Shown: positions 48,351 through 60,199 of the stretch, piece after piece
Position numbering within the stretch: position 1 is the stretch's first letter
Layout: every line of letters starts with the position of its first letter
DNA from: Nemertoderma westbladi
Lineage: Eukaryota; Animalia; Xenacoelomorpha
Assembly (NCBI GenBank): GCA_032718475.1
Contig: JAUCBJ010000295.1
Coordinates: 1-64,000, forward strand
Direction: 5' to 3'
Length of the DNA: 64,000 nucleotides
Translations under genes and position numbers: made by a program
The notes under the pieces: model-generated
Told to the model about the DNA's origin: nothing
What the model saw: the letters and a program-made list of their open reading frames with translations, nothing else
Database searches by the model: none

Positions 48351-50009
48351 CTATAAAATATACAAAATCACAGTTTCTAATATACGTAAATACTCTAAAC
48401 AGTTAGTCTTTCTTGCGCGGACGGCGTTTACGCAGTTTTTTAAAGATAGCCAGAGTCTTTTTCTCTTTGGGGCGAGCCACTTTACAAGGAGGGCTATAAC
48501 TCCTGGGTGAAGGGTGCAATATGATTGCATCAGAGGGTGTAGGATTATGGTCGGTATATCCGCCGGTCGAAGTGCCGGGTTGATTGACATCGACGTCGGG
48601 GGAGAGGGGTCTAACGGCCTTTAGAGCGCGTTTTAGGACGGCCGCTCTTACGGGTCCTTTACGAGTGGTCTGAACGAGAGCCGTGGGTGGACCATAGGCA
48701 GTCAGAAACTTCCTGGGTTTAATGGTTCTTTCCTACTCGCGTTCGCGGGCTCGGTATTCGTAAGGCCTTCGATATACTTCCTGTAACTCGGGGTGTGAGT
48801 TAACAAATAAGTCTCCATAGTCCGGATCCTGACGGATAAAATTGATTAAGTTATAGGAGTGAATGTCGCTAGGATTAATACTCCTGAGAAATTGCGTACA
48901 AACTTGGTTGAAATACATTCTCCGACGCGCTTCAGTAGTTCGTAACTCGATATGCGTGATTTCTGTTTGACAGAAGCGAATAGATAAGGATGGAACGCAT
49001 AAACTCCTTCGTAAGCGCGTCCAGGATAATAGCGATGGCGCGAATCACAATGTAAATCAGCGTTCGCTTCTCAAGCTCTGATGTAACGTAGTGTAATCAT
49101 TTCATCTACGCTTTCCAAATCGTGATTAAAAGGGCAATCGAAACTGGCGTGTCCCTTTAGTTGACAATGGTGACATTGAGTCATAAATTGAGGGCAAACC
49201 GCAAAAATGTGCAAGTTATTGAGTCTGCAATATGCACAATAAATTTCCATCGCCGGTTGTTCGTGGAAATAGGAACAGCGGACGTTTGTGTCCTTCAGCT
49301 TGTTGGCTGGGTCTAGGGCATTCGACACAATAATACCAAAGACGTACGTCCTGTAGAGGAAACGCGGGTGATCGTTCTCCAGTTTTGCAATATTCTTCCA
49401 TTTGTTCAAAACTATCTGGGATAACAGGTAGTGGACGATCGGCGGTAAGATACATCATAGTGAAATAGAGCCGTTTGAGTTCTACCATGGGGTCATGATG
49501 TATACCTTGAGGATATCGAGTCTCGAGGTTCTGCTGACTGGCGATGTTGAGATAGGTTTCTCTCAAAAATTCCAGGTAGTCGTTGAAGTCGCTGCGTTTA
49601 TCTGGTTCTTCAACTTTTTTTTTTTTTTTTTTTTTCTTTCCAGTCTGTTACGAATAGAATTTTCGTGTTCTATTCTCGGTTTATCGTTACGACTCCGCTG
49701 GCTATGATATTTAAATAGAACCATTTCCCTTTCGGTGTCTACATCGTCCGTATCATGTAAATCGATAGGATGGCCGGTAGTTAAGAAGTCCATATACGTA
49801 CCGTTACGATGCGTATAGCGAGCTGTGAATTTTCGATAGTCCAATTCACGCGTAAGTTGCTCTTGGGACATCGGCGGTTCGATATAACGACCATCGTCCT
49901 CCGTAACGGTTGGTTCGGCTTCACCGCGTATCAAGCTATCCACAAATGCTTGCAAAGGTAGAGTATATCGCTCCCTGATACCAAGATCATCTTCTATCAA
50001 CTCCGTCAT
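48351..50009 (-). pseudogene. Accessory zinc-knuckle ORF of element 2, broken by frameshifts and stops
   Basis: Overlapping minus ORFs; CVEC..H..C, CAYC..HIFAVC and CHHCQLKGHASFDC align with the element 1 knuckles. Confidence 0.7.
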
Positions 50010-51638
50010 ATCTGCTATCTGAGTTTATTAATATTGTAATGAGTTTATGTTTAGGCGAGCGGGCGTCGCTGCCTACCTCTCGTTGCCCCCGGACAGTGGG
50101 ATTCTCAGCGCCGATGTACCGTTGTCGCGGTGTTTACGCCAACATGTAGCAACAGCACGACAACGACAACCGGCACAAGTCACTCCACTGTCCGTCCCAA
50201 AGGCTTGAATCCACTTTAGGTTCTTTCTATAGGAGAGTTGGGCTACTTTCACAATTGCGACTAGCTACTGTAAACATACTTTAGCAGTAACATTCACCTA
50301 TAAACACACAAACTCCACACAACTGTCACTAATTGTACACATACAGGCCATTTGTCCGTTAGTCAGTGCCTTCCAGAATGTCACGTTATTACTGTATATC
50401 CTTGGATACTAACAGTGTGCTATGTGTTCTCTATGCTAGGCAAGGGGACAAGCTTTCTATTGTTCTTTTAACTTGCTTCTAATTCTAGCGTGGGTGTTGC
50501 TATGGTGACATTATGGAAAGCTAGCGGTAGAATTAGGGTAATTATCATGCATACAGATCTGGGATGCTATTTAATAGTAATTCTTTAACTGTCAATATCC
50601 TCTTTATGCATGATTTTATTAATTTTATTGGCTATTGACTATATGTTGGAGATTCTCGCACTCTAATACACTCAATAGGATGAATCTCCGCTCCCATGAT
50701 CTATTAATTAATGGAATTTTGGGAATGTTATAAATTGCACAAAATGACAATTTATGAAATTCATTTAAGATATGAATTTAAATTTATTCCCGTGAATTTT
50801 ATTATTTGATGGTAAAATTGACACAATTTTATTCCAGAGCATGTCTGGGGACATAGGATCCTTAATTCTATAAAATTGTCTTTTAAGAGTATCGGTAAGT
50901 GCTGCGATATCTTAATTGACTAGAAATTTTAAAGGATCTGAATTTTACAGATTTTAATAAATATTAAATTAATATTTAAGATGGGCACCGATTTATTCCA
51001 GAACTTGTCTGGGGACGTTAACCACTGATTCTAGAATTTGTCTTTCAAGTATATCGGTGGATGCCGCGATATCTTAATCGACTAGAATTACAGATGGTCA
51101 AAAGGTTTAACAGATTTATTTGCGTTTTACGCTACTGTTATAGGGACATCACGCTACTATATGTATTATTTAATATAAGGTAGAAGAGCAATATCGCACG
51201 AAGCAATGTCAGTGTGAAGAGGCAAGTCGTTTCCAAGGTCTACCCAGAGCTTGGTTTAGCCGAGACACGAGGATCTGAACTTTGCATTCCTAATACTCTG
51301 CCTACCAATAATACTTGAATATAGTAGTGGCTTTATTGTACTTTAATAAGTACGGACATTTCATCTTACTGTAGTCACGTATTTATAATATGATACGGAC
51401 AGTAAGGAAAGAGAAAAATAATTATTTCTCGCCGTCGCACTAAATATATATTATAAGTAATTACGTACGTAATAAACACTAATATATTGCACTAATCTAC
51501 TAAATAATCACTAAAATAACATTCTACTAAATAAAATTAAAGAAAACGATTATAATAAAATTACATAATAATACATACATAAATATAAAATAAAAACAAA
51601 TATAAAATGATATAGTCACACGCCCACTCCATATGTTA

Positions 51639-54600
51639 TTACGTTATGGAGTCCCTAGATATTTGTCGGATTAGGGAAGTGGTCGTAGGAAGAGTATCTT
51701 GCCTTCCATAGTTTCTGGACAGTTTTCGGTCTCTTTCCAGTAAACGTAAACGACCAGCTGGGCGATTGAGTTGTTGTATTATTTTCTCCGCTCCATTGGC
51801 CTGTCTAATCTCCGCCGGGGTAAGATGAGGAGGCCATTCTTCTTCTTCTTTACTTAAGAAGTCGAATCCACCTAACCAGCCTGGAGTATCTATCAGTTCT
51901 TGAGGAGTTGCTCCTCTGGAAGCGATGTCGGCTGGATTAATCGTCCCAAGGCAATGTCTCCATTGATCTACATTGGAGTTAATATCGTCATTATCTGAGG
52001 AGTATGGTGTTCCCTCAGTTGGGTCGTCCACCTCACTGCTCTCCACTTCCCATTCCTTTACTTGGTATACCTGTTGTTGAGGTAATCTCTCTTTGAGAGT
52101 TCTACGGGAAGGGCCAGTGAAGTACCAACCTACTCTAGTTCTTACCGCATAGGTTTGTCGTGGCTGTGGTTGAGCAGGCCGTTTCTCCAATGTCTCTAGC
52201 GCCTCATGCGCGTTTTGGCCGATGAGTATTTGCACTCCAGGATAATCTGTGTGGAATCGAGGTATCTTAAGCTGCTGGATGCTCTCGTCCTCGTCCCAGT
52301 TATAAGGTTCTACTTGGGTAGTAGCGAAGTTCTTTATAGCCACCATTTTTACGGACCTTATACTTTGTTCTCCTAATTTATCCTGGGGGGTGGACAACAC
52401 ACCTACATAGTAATCTGCCGTTATGGTAGATTTCCAAACCTGCATAATTCCTGACATATTCAACTTAGTTTGGAATTTGGGTTGTCCAGCAAAGATGTCT
52501 TCGGCTAGTTCTTGATCGATGAATGTTCCTGTGCTGCCAGAGTCAAGGAGGGCGTTCACTATGTAACTTTTGTTAGGACCTTGAACTCTTACCTGCACTA
52601 CAGGAAATTCTCTGATTCCTACGTTGGAAGTTGGAGGTTTCCAAGATGGTTGTCTGTCAAAGGTAGTTGGGTGGAACTCATTGTCGGTGTCCGTTTCGTA
52701 AGTAAGTGCTCGATACACCGCGGTATTTATTAGGTAACAGGATTCGTTTTCGTCTGAGAATTCGTCCGTAAAGAATCCTTCCATTTCAGAACTTTGGTCG
52801 GAGAATTCGTCCGTATAGAATCCTTCCATCTCAGAACTTTGGTCAGTGTCGTTCACATCACTGAATTGGACATGTAGTTCGGGCTTACTTACCTGACTCG
52901 GGTAGTTTCGTTCGAATTCACTGTGTAACAAGATGTGATGTTTCACACCGCACTTTGCACACCTTACGTCGGAGTAACAGGTTCGCCGTTGGTGTCCTGG
53001 TCTGAGGCAATTATAGCATAACCGCTTATCCCACATGACTTCACGTCTGTCTACCAGGGATTTCTTTAGGAATTCAGCACACACACTCAAACGGTGGGGC
53101 CCGTCGCACAGCGCACATTTTGGTTTGATGTTACTCACTTTACCTTGGGTAACGTTATGCACTCTCGTTCTTTCTTCGGGCTTTCTTCCGTGAATTCTCT
53201 TAGGAGACGTAGGAGGAGTTGTTGTTACCTGTTCTCTCCTGTCACTGGTTCGAGACTTATATTTACTTACGTCTTTATAGGTCTTGTTGTCATAGTAAGA
53301 TTTTGCTGTGTCTTTCCCGCTGTCCTCTTCTTGAGAAGCTTGGCTTTCGCCGTCGTCAGTGTAACACACTGGTGTTACCCTTCTCCTAGAAACGGGTTTC
53401 TCACTTACCTTATTTTCCGATGTTTTCTCTCTGGACTGCTTTATGAGTTGTAATTTTACTTCACTATCTAAGAAGGACATGAGATCAGCCATGGTAGGGC
53501 CTCGTCGTTGCTGCTCATTCATATACAACACTTTCTTGTCCCAGCGTGTACATACTCCACCCTTTGGTAAAGTAGAGACTACGGCTCCAATAACCATTGA
53601 ACTCTGATATTCATGAGACTTACCTAACCAGTCCAATTGTCTATAGATCTCCTGAATCTCATCGGAAAACTCTATAATCCCGTTACTAAGGAACTTTCGG
53701 GGGGCTACTAATTTTGCATACAAATACTTAGCTATGTTATCCTTGTTACCATACCTGATGTTTAATGTGTCCCAAACTTGTCTTAATCCATCTGGATGTC
53801 CAATAAACTTTAACGCCATTAACTTGGGAGGTCCTTCCAAGCACTTGATGAGGAATCTAAGTTTCTCTCCGTTAGATAGTACAGAGTTCTGTATGCTATC
53901 TTTGTAATATTCATTGAAAGGTAACCATTTCATCTCATCTCCATTGAATTTGACGATTTCTCCCACTTTGACCACTTGGCGGGCTTCTGTTCTCGCCATC
54001 TGACGCGTAAAGCTTTCTTGGGCCATCGTGTTATTTAATATCGAATTATCGGTATATAAATTTCTCGGATTATTATCAGGTCTATAGGGAATATCATTAA
54101 CAACAGGTTTATAATCACCCTTAACAGGGTTTGCTATAGGAGTTTCCACTTCACTATCAGTATAGATGCGTGTAGGCTCCACACCTTGCGCATGTAATAC
54201 TTCAGACCTAACAGGTTGACACATAGTTACAGGGGGTACCGGTATTGGGATACCCTTTTGTATATTGACCAATTTGTTGCGTTCCAGCGCGATACTTTGC
54301 TGCACTTCTTGCAATTCTACCCTACTTTCCCTTAATGTTCCCTTGAGTTGGTGGACAGTCTCCTGCATCTGTCCGAGCAGGAGATTCATCCCCCGCCGTC
54401 CCTCCTCTACCCACTCGACCGCCGAAGCGGGAGTCGCCAACATTGTAGCGGGCAGACGCGGGACGACGGGAGACAAATCTTTGATTTCTCTCTCAGCTTC
54501 CAGGACAGGGATATTCTCATGGACTGTTCTACTGGGTACAGGCAGTGTAGTACTGTGTAACGGGAATTTCGAGTTTGTTTCAGGGAGTACAGGTGTCTCT

Positions 54601-55823
54601 AGCACCGAAGGGGTGGCTTCGAGAACAGGCCTAATTATTTCAGGCTCATCTGTTATAGTAGGGAGTCTGTTGACGGTAATAATTTGGTCTGTGGGTTCTG
54701 TACTACCTACAGTTGTGCTAGCTAATTGTCTTCTAACAGCTGGGGGCAAATCAGGCAATTTATGACGGTGAGATGTTCTTCTACGCCTACTGAGACGAGA
54801 TCTATTTCCTCCGCCTTCAGGATCGGTGGTATCACCTTCCTCCGATGATGTATAGCCTTGGCGTTTGGGAGTAGATCGACTCATCATCTGCATTTGACTA
54901 GCAGTTAACTGTTTATTTATGCAGTCTTGCGTCTCTTGCAGATTTTCTAACTCCATTTGGGTGGCCTCTTCAGACGCTTTCCGTTCTGCTTCTGCCACTG
55001 CTTCTGCCATCTTTCTATCTGCTTCGGCCGCTGCCATTGCTACTGCTGCCTTTCTATGTGCTTCAGCCCTTGCTTCTGCCGCCTTTCTGTCTGCTCTAGC
55101 CATTGCTTCTGCCGCCTTTACTGCTGCTGCCTTTCTGTCTTCGACTAGTTTTCTCTTCACTTGTTCTTCTTGGACTCTTGTGATGCGGAGTTGTTCATCA
55201 AATTTAGCTTGATTCGCAGCTAACATTTCCGCATCGATTGCGTCCAACACAAGCTTGGTTCCTTCACTATTAGGGCGAAGTCCAGACAGTCGTCTCCTCA
55301 ACTCTTTGTCTCCTATGAATCGCTGATAGTCTGACAGATAAATATCAATAGCGTCTCTCTTCCGTGGCCTCTCTGCTGCTGTTAATTCGCTTTCCACTTC
55401 GCTTTCCACTTGAGAAGAAGTGGCGTCGGTTGATTCTTCATAGGTTGGCCACTCATCATAAACCGTATCTGCCATCTTCGCTCCGTGTTCGGGCGTCCGC
55501 TCAACAGTATCCGAACGACTGGAGCTATCGGGCCGCTGAGAACTAGGTTCTTGGCTAGGAGGTTGCTGCTGTTTGATAGCTGCTTCTTGATCCCGCTTGA
55601 CTTGGGCCCGAGTGCCAATGATAGACCTACGGTGTTCTACTAGCCTAGGGTCTGACACTACTACTGTAGGGATGGCCTTTCTTACAATAGTAGGTGACTT
55701 AGACTTGGATCTAGGATGTTCTATACTTGGATCTGGGTCACTGATCTTTTTAAGACACTGTCTAACAGTCATTCTAACACTTTCTAAGAGACTATCCGAC
55801 AGTGATTGGGTTGTGTCTGACAT
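51639..55823 (-). CDS. Bel/Pao Gag-protease polyprotein with pol core deleted in frame (1394 aa)
   Basis: Coiled coil, KFNGDEMKWLPF gag motif, three Cys/His knuckles, ALLDSGST, then WRHCLGTINPADIASRG and RPAGRLRLLE remnants. Confidence 0.9.
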   Translation of the reverse strand: MSDTTQSLSDSLLESVRMTVRQCLKKISDPDPSIEHPRSKSKSPTIVRKAIPTVVVSDPRLVEHRRSIIGTRAQVKRDQEAAIKQQQPPSQEPSSQRPDSSSRSDTVERTPEHGAKMADTVYDEWPTYEESTDATSSQVESEVESELTAAERPRKRDAIDIYLSDYQRFIGDKELRRRLSGLRPNSEGTKLVLDAIDAEMLAANQAKFDEQLRITRVQEEQVKRKLVEDRKAAAVKAAEAMARADRKAAEARAEAHRKAAVAMAAAEADRKMAEAVAEAERKASEEATQMELENLQETQDCINKQLTASQMQMMSRSTPKRQGYTSSEEGDTTDPEGGGNRSRLSRRRRTSHRHKLPDLPPAVRRQLASTTVGSTEPTDQIITVNRLPTITDEPEIIRPVLEATPSVLETPVLPETNSKFPLHSTTLPVPSRTVHENIPVLEAEREIKDLSPVVPRLPATMLATPASAVEWVEEGRRGMNLLLGQMQETVHQLKGTLRESRVELQEVQQSIALERNKLVNIQKGIPIPVPPVTMCQPVRSEVLHAQGVEPTRIYTDSEVETPIANPVKGDYKPVVNDIPYRPDNNPRNLYTDNSILNNTMAQESFTRQMARTEARQVVKVGEIVKFNGDEMKWLPFNEYYKDSIQNSVLSNGEKLRFLIKCLEGPPKLMALKFIGHPDGLRQVWDTLNIRYGNKDNIAKYLYAKLVAPRKFLSNGIIEFSDEIQEIYRQLDWLGKSHEYQSSMVIGAVVSTLPKGGVCTRWDKKVLYMNEQQRRGPTMADLMSFLDSEVKLQLIKQSREKTSENKVSEKPVSRRRVTPVCYTDDGESQASQEEDSGKDTAKSYYDNKTYKDVSKYKSRTSDRREQVTTTPPTSPKRIHGRKPEERTRVHNVTQGKVSNIKPKCALCDGPHRLSVCAEFLKKSLVDRREVMWDKRLCYNCLRPGHQRRTCYSDVRCAKCGVKHHILLHSEFERNYPSQVSKPELHVQFSDVNDTDQSSEMEGFYTDEFSDQSSEMEGFFTDEFSDENESCYLINTAVYRALTYETDTDNEFHPTTFDRQPSWKPPTSNVGIREFPVVQVRVQGPNKSYIVNALLDSGSTGTFIDQELAEDIFAGQPKFQTKLNMSGIMQVWKSTITADYYVGVLSTPQDKLGEQSIRSVKMVAIKNFATTQVEPYNWDEDESIQQLKIPRFHTDYPGVQILIGQNAHEALETLEKRPAQPQPRQTYAVRTRVGWYFTGPSRRTLKERLPQQQVYQVKEWEVESSEVDDPTEGTPYSSDNDDINSNVDQWRHCLGTINPADIASRGATPQELIDTPGWLGGFDFLSKEEEEWPPHLTPAEIRQANGAEKIIQQLNRPAGRLRLLERDRKLSRNYGRQDTLPTTTSLIRQISRDSIT

Positions 55824-57864
55824 ATTTGTTTACACAGTTGAATGCCTACGGCTATAAATACAGTTAAAGTAAGTCTAGTAATTCAGTATCACTGTTAGCC
55901 TAATAATTAATTACCGATACTGCTACTCAGTGTAGCGTGATATATATATAATATATTAGAATACCGGTATGCTTATAGTATATATATAAGTATTATTACA
56001 GACTAGATTTATCACAGAATACCGGTATATAATTTTAGCACAAATATATATAAATATATAATAGGCCTATCGTGAATACCGGTATACAGCTGACACTTAT
56101 AGTATATATAAGTATAATTATTACAGACTAGAATTAATTACAGAATACCGGTATGATTTCAGCCTAAATTTATAGAATAAATATAATAAGCCTATTGTAA
56201 ATACCGGTATATCAATTATTTATAGAATAATTGAATTTCTGAATTTTAGGGGTTACTTGGTTACTTTACTTACTTTATTACCGTTATTTGAGCAGCAGTC
56301 CAACTGATATTAAGACCTAAGTGTTGTATAACAGGCCTACTATTTTATTAATAGATTTAGTGGATTTATATGTACCTGTATGAGGGGTTTTGTTACAATA
56401 TTGAAATAGATGTTACTATTTCTGGGAAGTAATCACTACACAAAAGCTGTGCGCTCTCAGTGAAGTGCTACTTATTAGACACTAAAACAGATAATTCTAC
56501 TGGCCTAAGTTACTTATCTACGACTTACGTACAATACGGGTGAGATTACAATCTCTAACTAAACACAACAACAGAAATTTATCACGTACGAATTTTTAGG
56601 GTTAATTTTACAGGGAAACTACAAACCAGTCTAACAAAGGGTTAGAAATCTGGTTATTACAAACGGACAGGATACTACGGTATTTGAAAATAATAAGTAG
56701 TAGTAAATATATTGCACTGTCCAGATAGGAAAATACCACCGTCTGACGACCTATAGCCGTATCGCTATAGGTACTACGTTATGTATCACGGAGTGTTCCT
56801 ACCTGGAAGTTAATTACCGCGGACTACCAGATCCAACGTGCCTATTAACCACTTTACAACACAAATATACTGCCTACACACTAATTACCTTCGGAAAGCA
56901 CTGTACACTAAACCCTAAATTAGGTATAAGTACTGGTACAACAAATAATCAGTAGTTAGAATATACTTGAACAGTTAAAAGAACCACGGCATCTGCTGGA
57001 GTGACCGGAGCACAAAGTCACCAGTCTTTACCTACGCCAAGCAGCCCGTGTAGTACCGGGGTTAATTTAACTATAACGGTATGTGTAACAAGCACAATTA
57101 CTGTAGGAATAAACTTGGGGACATGAATGTTGCGAATAATCGCATAAACTCTGAATAATAAATATTACGCTACCCGTACAGAATACTCAAACAAAATACA
57201 AACCAAACGCTGGCAGACTACCACCAAGCCTAAATAAACTACTTCTAACACGGTAGTACGACTTATTCTTTAAGAGGGGATTGACCTTACAGCTATGGCT
57301 GCCCCAACTTACTAACTGGCACTTTATCGGACAAACTCTACACACGCAGCAATCTCTTCAGACCTAATAATAGCTAGACAACAATCCGGCCTACAAAATA
57401 TCCGAGTAATAACTATTACGGTACCTGAACAGACCACACAAACAAACACAGGCTAAAACGCTGGCAGACTACGATCAAGCCTAAATAAACTACAGTATAT
57501 GCAGATTCCAAAATGGTTAGTTAGTATGCGTTCTAACACAGTAGTACAACTTATTCTTTAGGAGGGGGTTGACCTTACACTCAAGTTGCCCCAACTTACT
57601 AACTGGCACTTTATTGGACAGACTCTACACACGCCGCAATCTCTCCAGACTCAACAAAAGTCAGACAGCAGTCAAGCCTACAATTATCTGTACAATCTGA
57701 ACTGACTTACACGTCTTCTGCTCAATATTAACTACTAGTAAATAAAACTGACAGAAATAAGTAAAATCTCAATAAAAAACCAGGGCTGCAGTCCCCGATT
57801 AAGTACCAAGACCTACCGGTATATAATAATCAAAATCGAATAATACTAATGTACTTACACTGGA

Positions 57865-58030
57865 AGTACCGGTTAGGACAGTTGGGCCTACAGACCTACA
57901 GCAGTACCGGTTCAGGCAGTTGGGCCTACAGACCTACAGCAGTACCGGTTCAGGCAGTTGGGCCTACAGACCTACAGCAGTACCGGTTCAGGCAGTTGGG
58001 CCTACAGACCTACAGCAGTACCGGTTCAGG
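57865..58030. repeat. 38-bp tandem repeat (~4.3 copies) in the element 2 leader
   Basis: Unit CCGGTTCAGGCAGTTGGGCCTACAGACCTACAGCAGTA. Confidence 0.9.
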
Positions 58031-58094
58031 TTTACCGGTCGACCGGTACTTTCAACTTTATTGCTTACTGCAATAAAGAAGCAATAACTGTTAT

Positions 58095-59295
58095 TGTACG
58101 CGCTTTTGAAGACCTTTAGCAGTTTAACCTGCCAAAATTTATATGTCTTTGGTTTATGTTCAGACTTTAGAAGATGACAAATATTTAATGCCAATAAACA
58201 CAACATTAGCCGAAGCCAGCCTAGTGCGCGTCCATTCACCCGCTGGATATTCCCGGGAGACTGGGTTCGGATGGGGCTTAGTTTTTGTTATTGCAGTGAA
58301 GCCTACTGTATTATTCGATTGATCGTTAATAAATAATTTCTGACAAATATTATTCACTTTCGGGAAATATTAACAGTTCCTTTAGGACGTGGCGCTCTAC
58401 CCAAGTAAACAGAGTTATGACTTATACTACACGCAACGGTAAGGCTTATAATTCACGTATAAGGCGCATTCTTTAGGAAATGCTTTGTTATCGGTCACAA
58501 TCATGCACACTACCGGTACCGCACAATACTGCACACTAATCTGCCGACCGTCAATGAATTTGATCACACATAAAGAGAACAGCAATTGACCTATGTAGTG
58601 TCTATCAAATAGCATTAGGTTCACTACAAACCACGATAACATAAGTCGCAATTGTTATATATATAGCCTGTCTCTCTAACCTGTAGTGTATCAAGAAAAT
58701 TGGGAAATTTGGGTTCTTTATAGATGTTCTCCAAATAATAATATTCAACCAACTGATAAACACAACAGTAAATAGCATTAAGACGGTAGGTTAAGATATA
58801 ATATGATTAGACTGTATGCTGATTGGGTCGATAACAGTTATACGTTCTATAATCTAAGCCTACTAATGTTTTACTAAAAGTCTGAAACAAGTCATTCCAA
58901 AAGCCGATGTTCTGGCGTAGGAGGAATAACAACACACACTGTCCTCTGTCCCTGTTGCAGGTATCTTTTACACAGAGAGGAATAGCTCTCATTGGCAGAA
59001 CACCAGAATCCACAGGTTCCACGAATGTCTAAATGCCGAACTATCAGGATTTTGGCATCCCTTGGCCAGCACACAAAATGAGTCACTCCGCTCGGTTGTC
59101 CTGGTTGCATACTCTGCTGCTATAGCTCTGGTTGGCCGATAGGACATAGCAAAGAGCCCCTCGTACAGCAAATCAGCCAATCAGCCGGTCGCTTGTATCA
59201 TTCGAGTTAGTGAGCCTTTTAGAGTATTCCAGCGCCTGGGGGGAAACTGGATTGCAAAGCAAAAGGGCCAGTTATATCCCACAGAAGCTTTTACA
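58095..59295 (-). repeat. 5' LTR of element 2
   Basis: Direct repeat of 47124-48324. Confidence 0.95.
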
Positions 59296-60199
59296 GAGAG
59301 TGCGGTGAGAAGAAGTAGACGAAGCCAAGATGATGTTCCAAAGTTAACATCTCGCCGTCCCCCAATTCTAGAATCCGATACGGATTTTAGAAAGTTTAGG
59401 GAATGGCGGAATAATTACCATTTGAAGCGTAGCTGATCAAACATATGTATGGTGTGCAGTATTATGTTAAAAGTCATTTATCTACGAGAAATTAGCTTTG
59501 GATTTATTAATTATTTAATTACTTTTTCAACAAGTCAAGGCAACCATTACCACGAATGGAAGATAAATTTCGAAAATTTACAAGCTAAAAAAAATATTTT
59601 TTTTTCTATTTTTGATGTTTAATAGAAGGGCTTCATGTTGTGACATCGGTTTTCACCATCGAGTATTTTTTTCACCACAAAACAGCACTTTTTCAAAATT
59701 TTAAATTTTTGAGGATGTGTTTTACTTTTTTAATATAAAAAATTATTTAAATTCCTTTGAAAATTTTCAATATTTTTATCGATAAAATATAAAATATGAA
59801 AAATTAAAAAAAATACCCCAGGGAAGGGTAAAGTCCAAAAATGATGCTTATAATATTTGTTGTGTAAACAAGAACAGTAGGCCTACTTTTTATGGCTGAT
59901 ATTCATGACTCTGTAAAAAACAACCTTTTTCTCAGTTTGTTGATTTAAACATTTTTCATCACTAAAATTCCTAATGGTTTTTTATTTTTCACTATATTTT
60001 CATCAAACAGGTACCAGAATGTTCGGCAACTTTAGGGCTACAATCGTCAATATCGGTTTTGTAAAACATGGCCAATTGGATGTTCGAGGATCGATTTTGT
60101 CTATCTCAAAATATTTAATCCCCGAAATATCGCCAACATACCAAAACCCAGATTAATTTTTCAAAAGCAATAAATTTATATCGAAATTACCATAGAAGA

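Larger units (their letters stand above)
47124..59295 (-). mobile_element. Non-autonomous Bel/Pao LTR retrotransposon, element 2 (12.2 kb)
   Basis: 1201-bp TG..CA LTRs, PPT-like GGGAGCGG, Pao-type gag-protease ORF, no RT or integrase core, no matching TSD. Confidence 0.9.
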
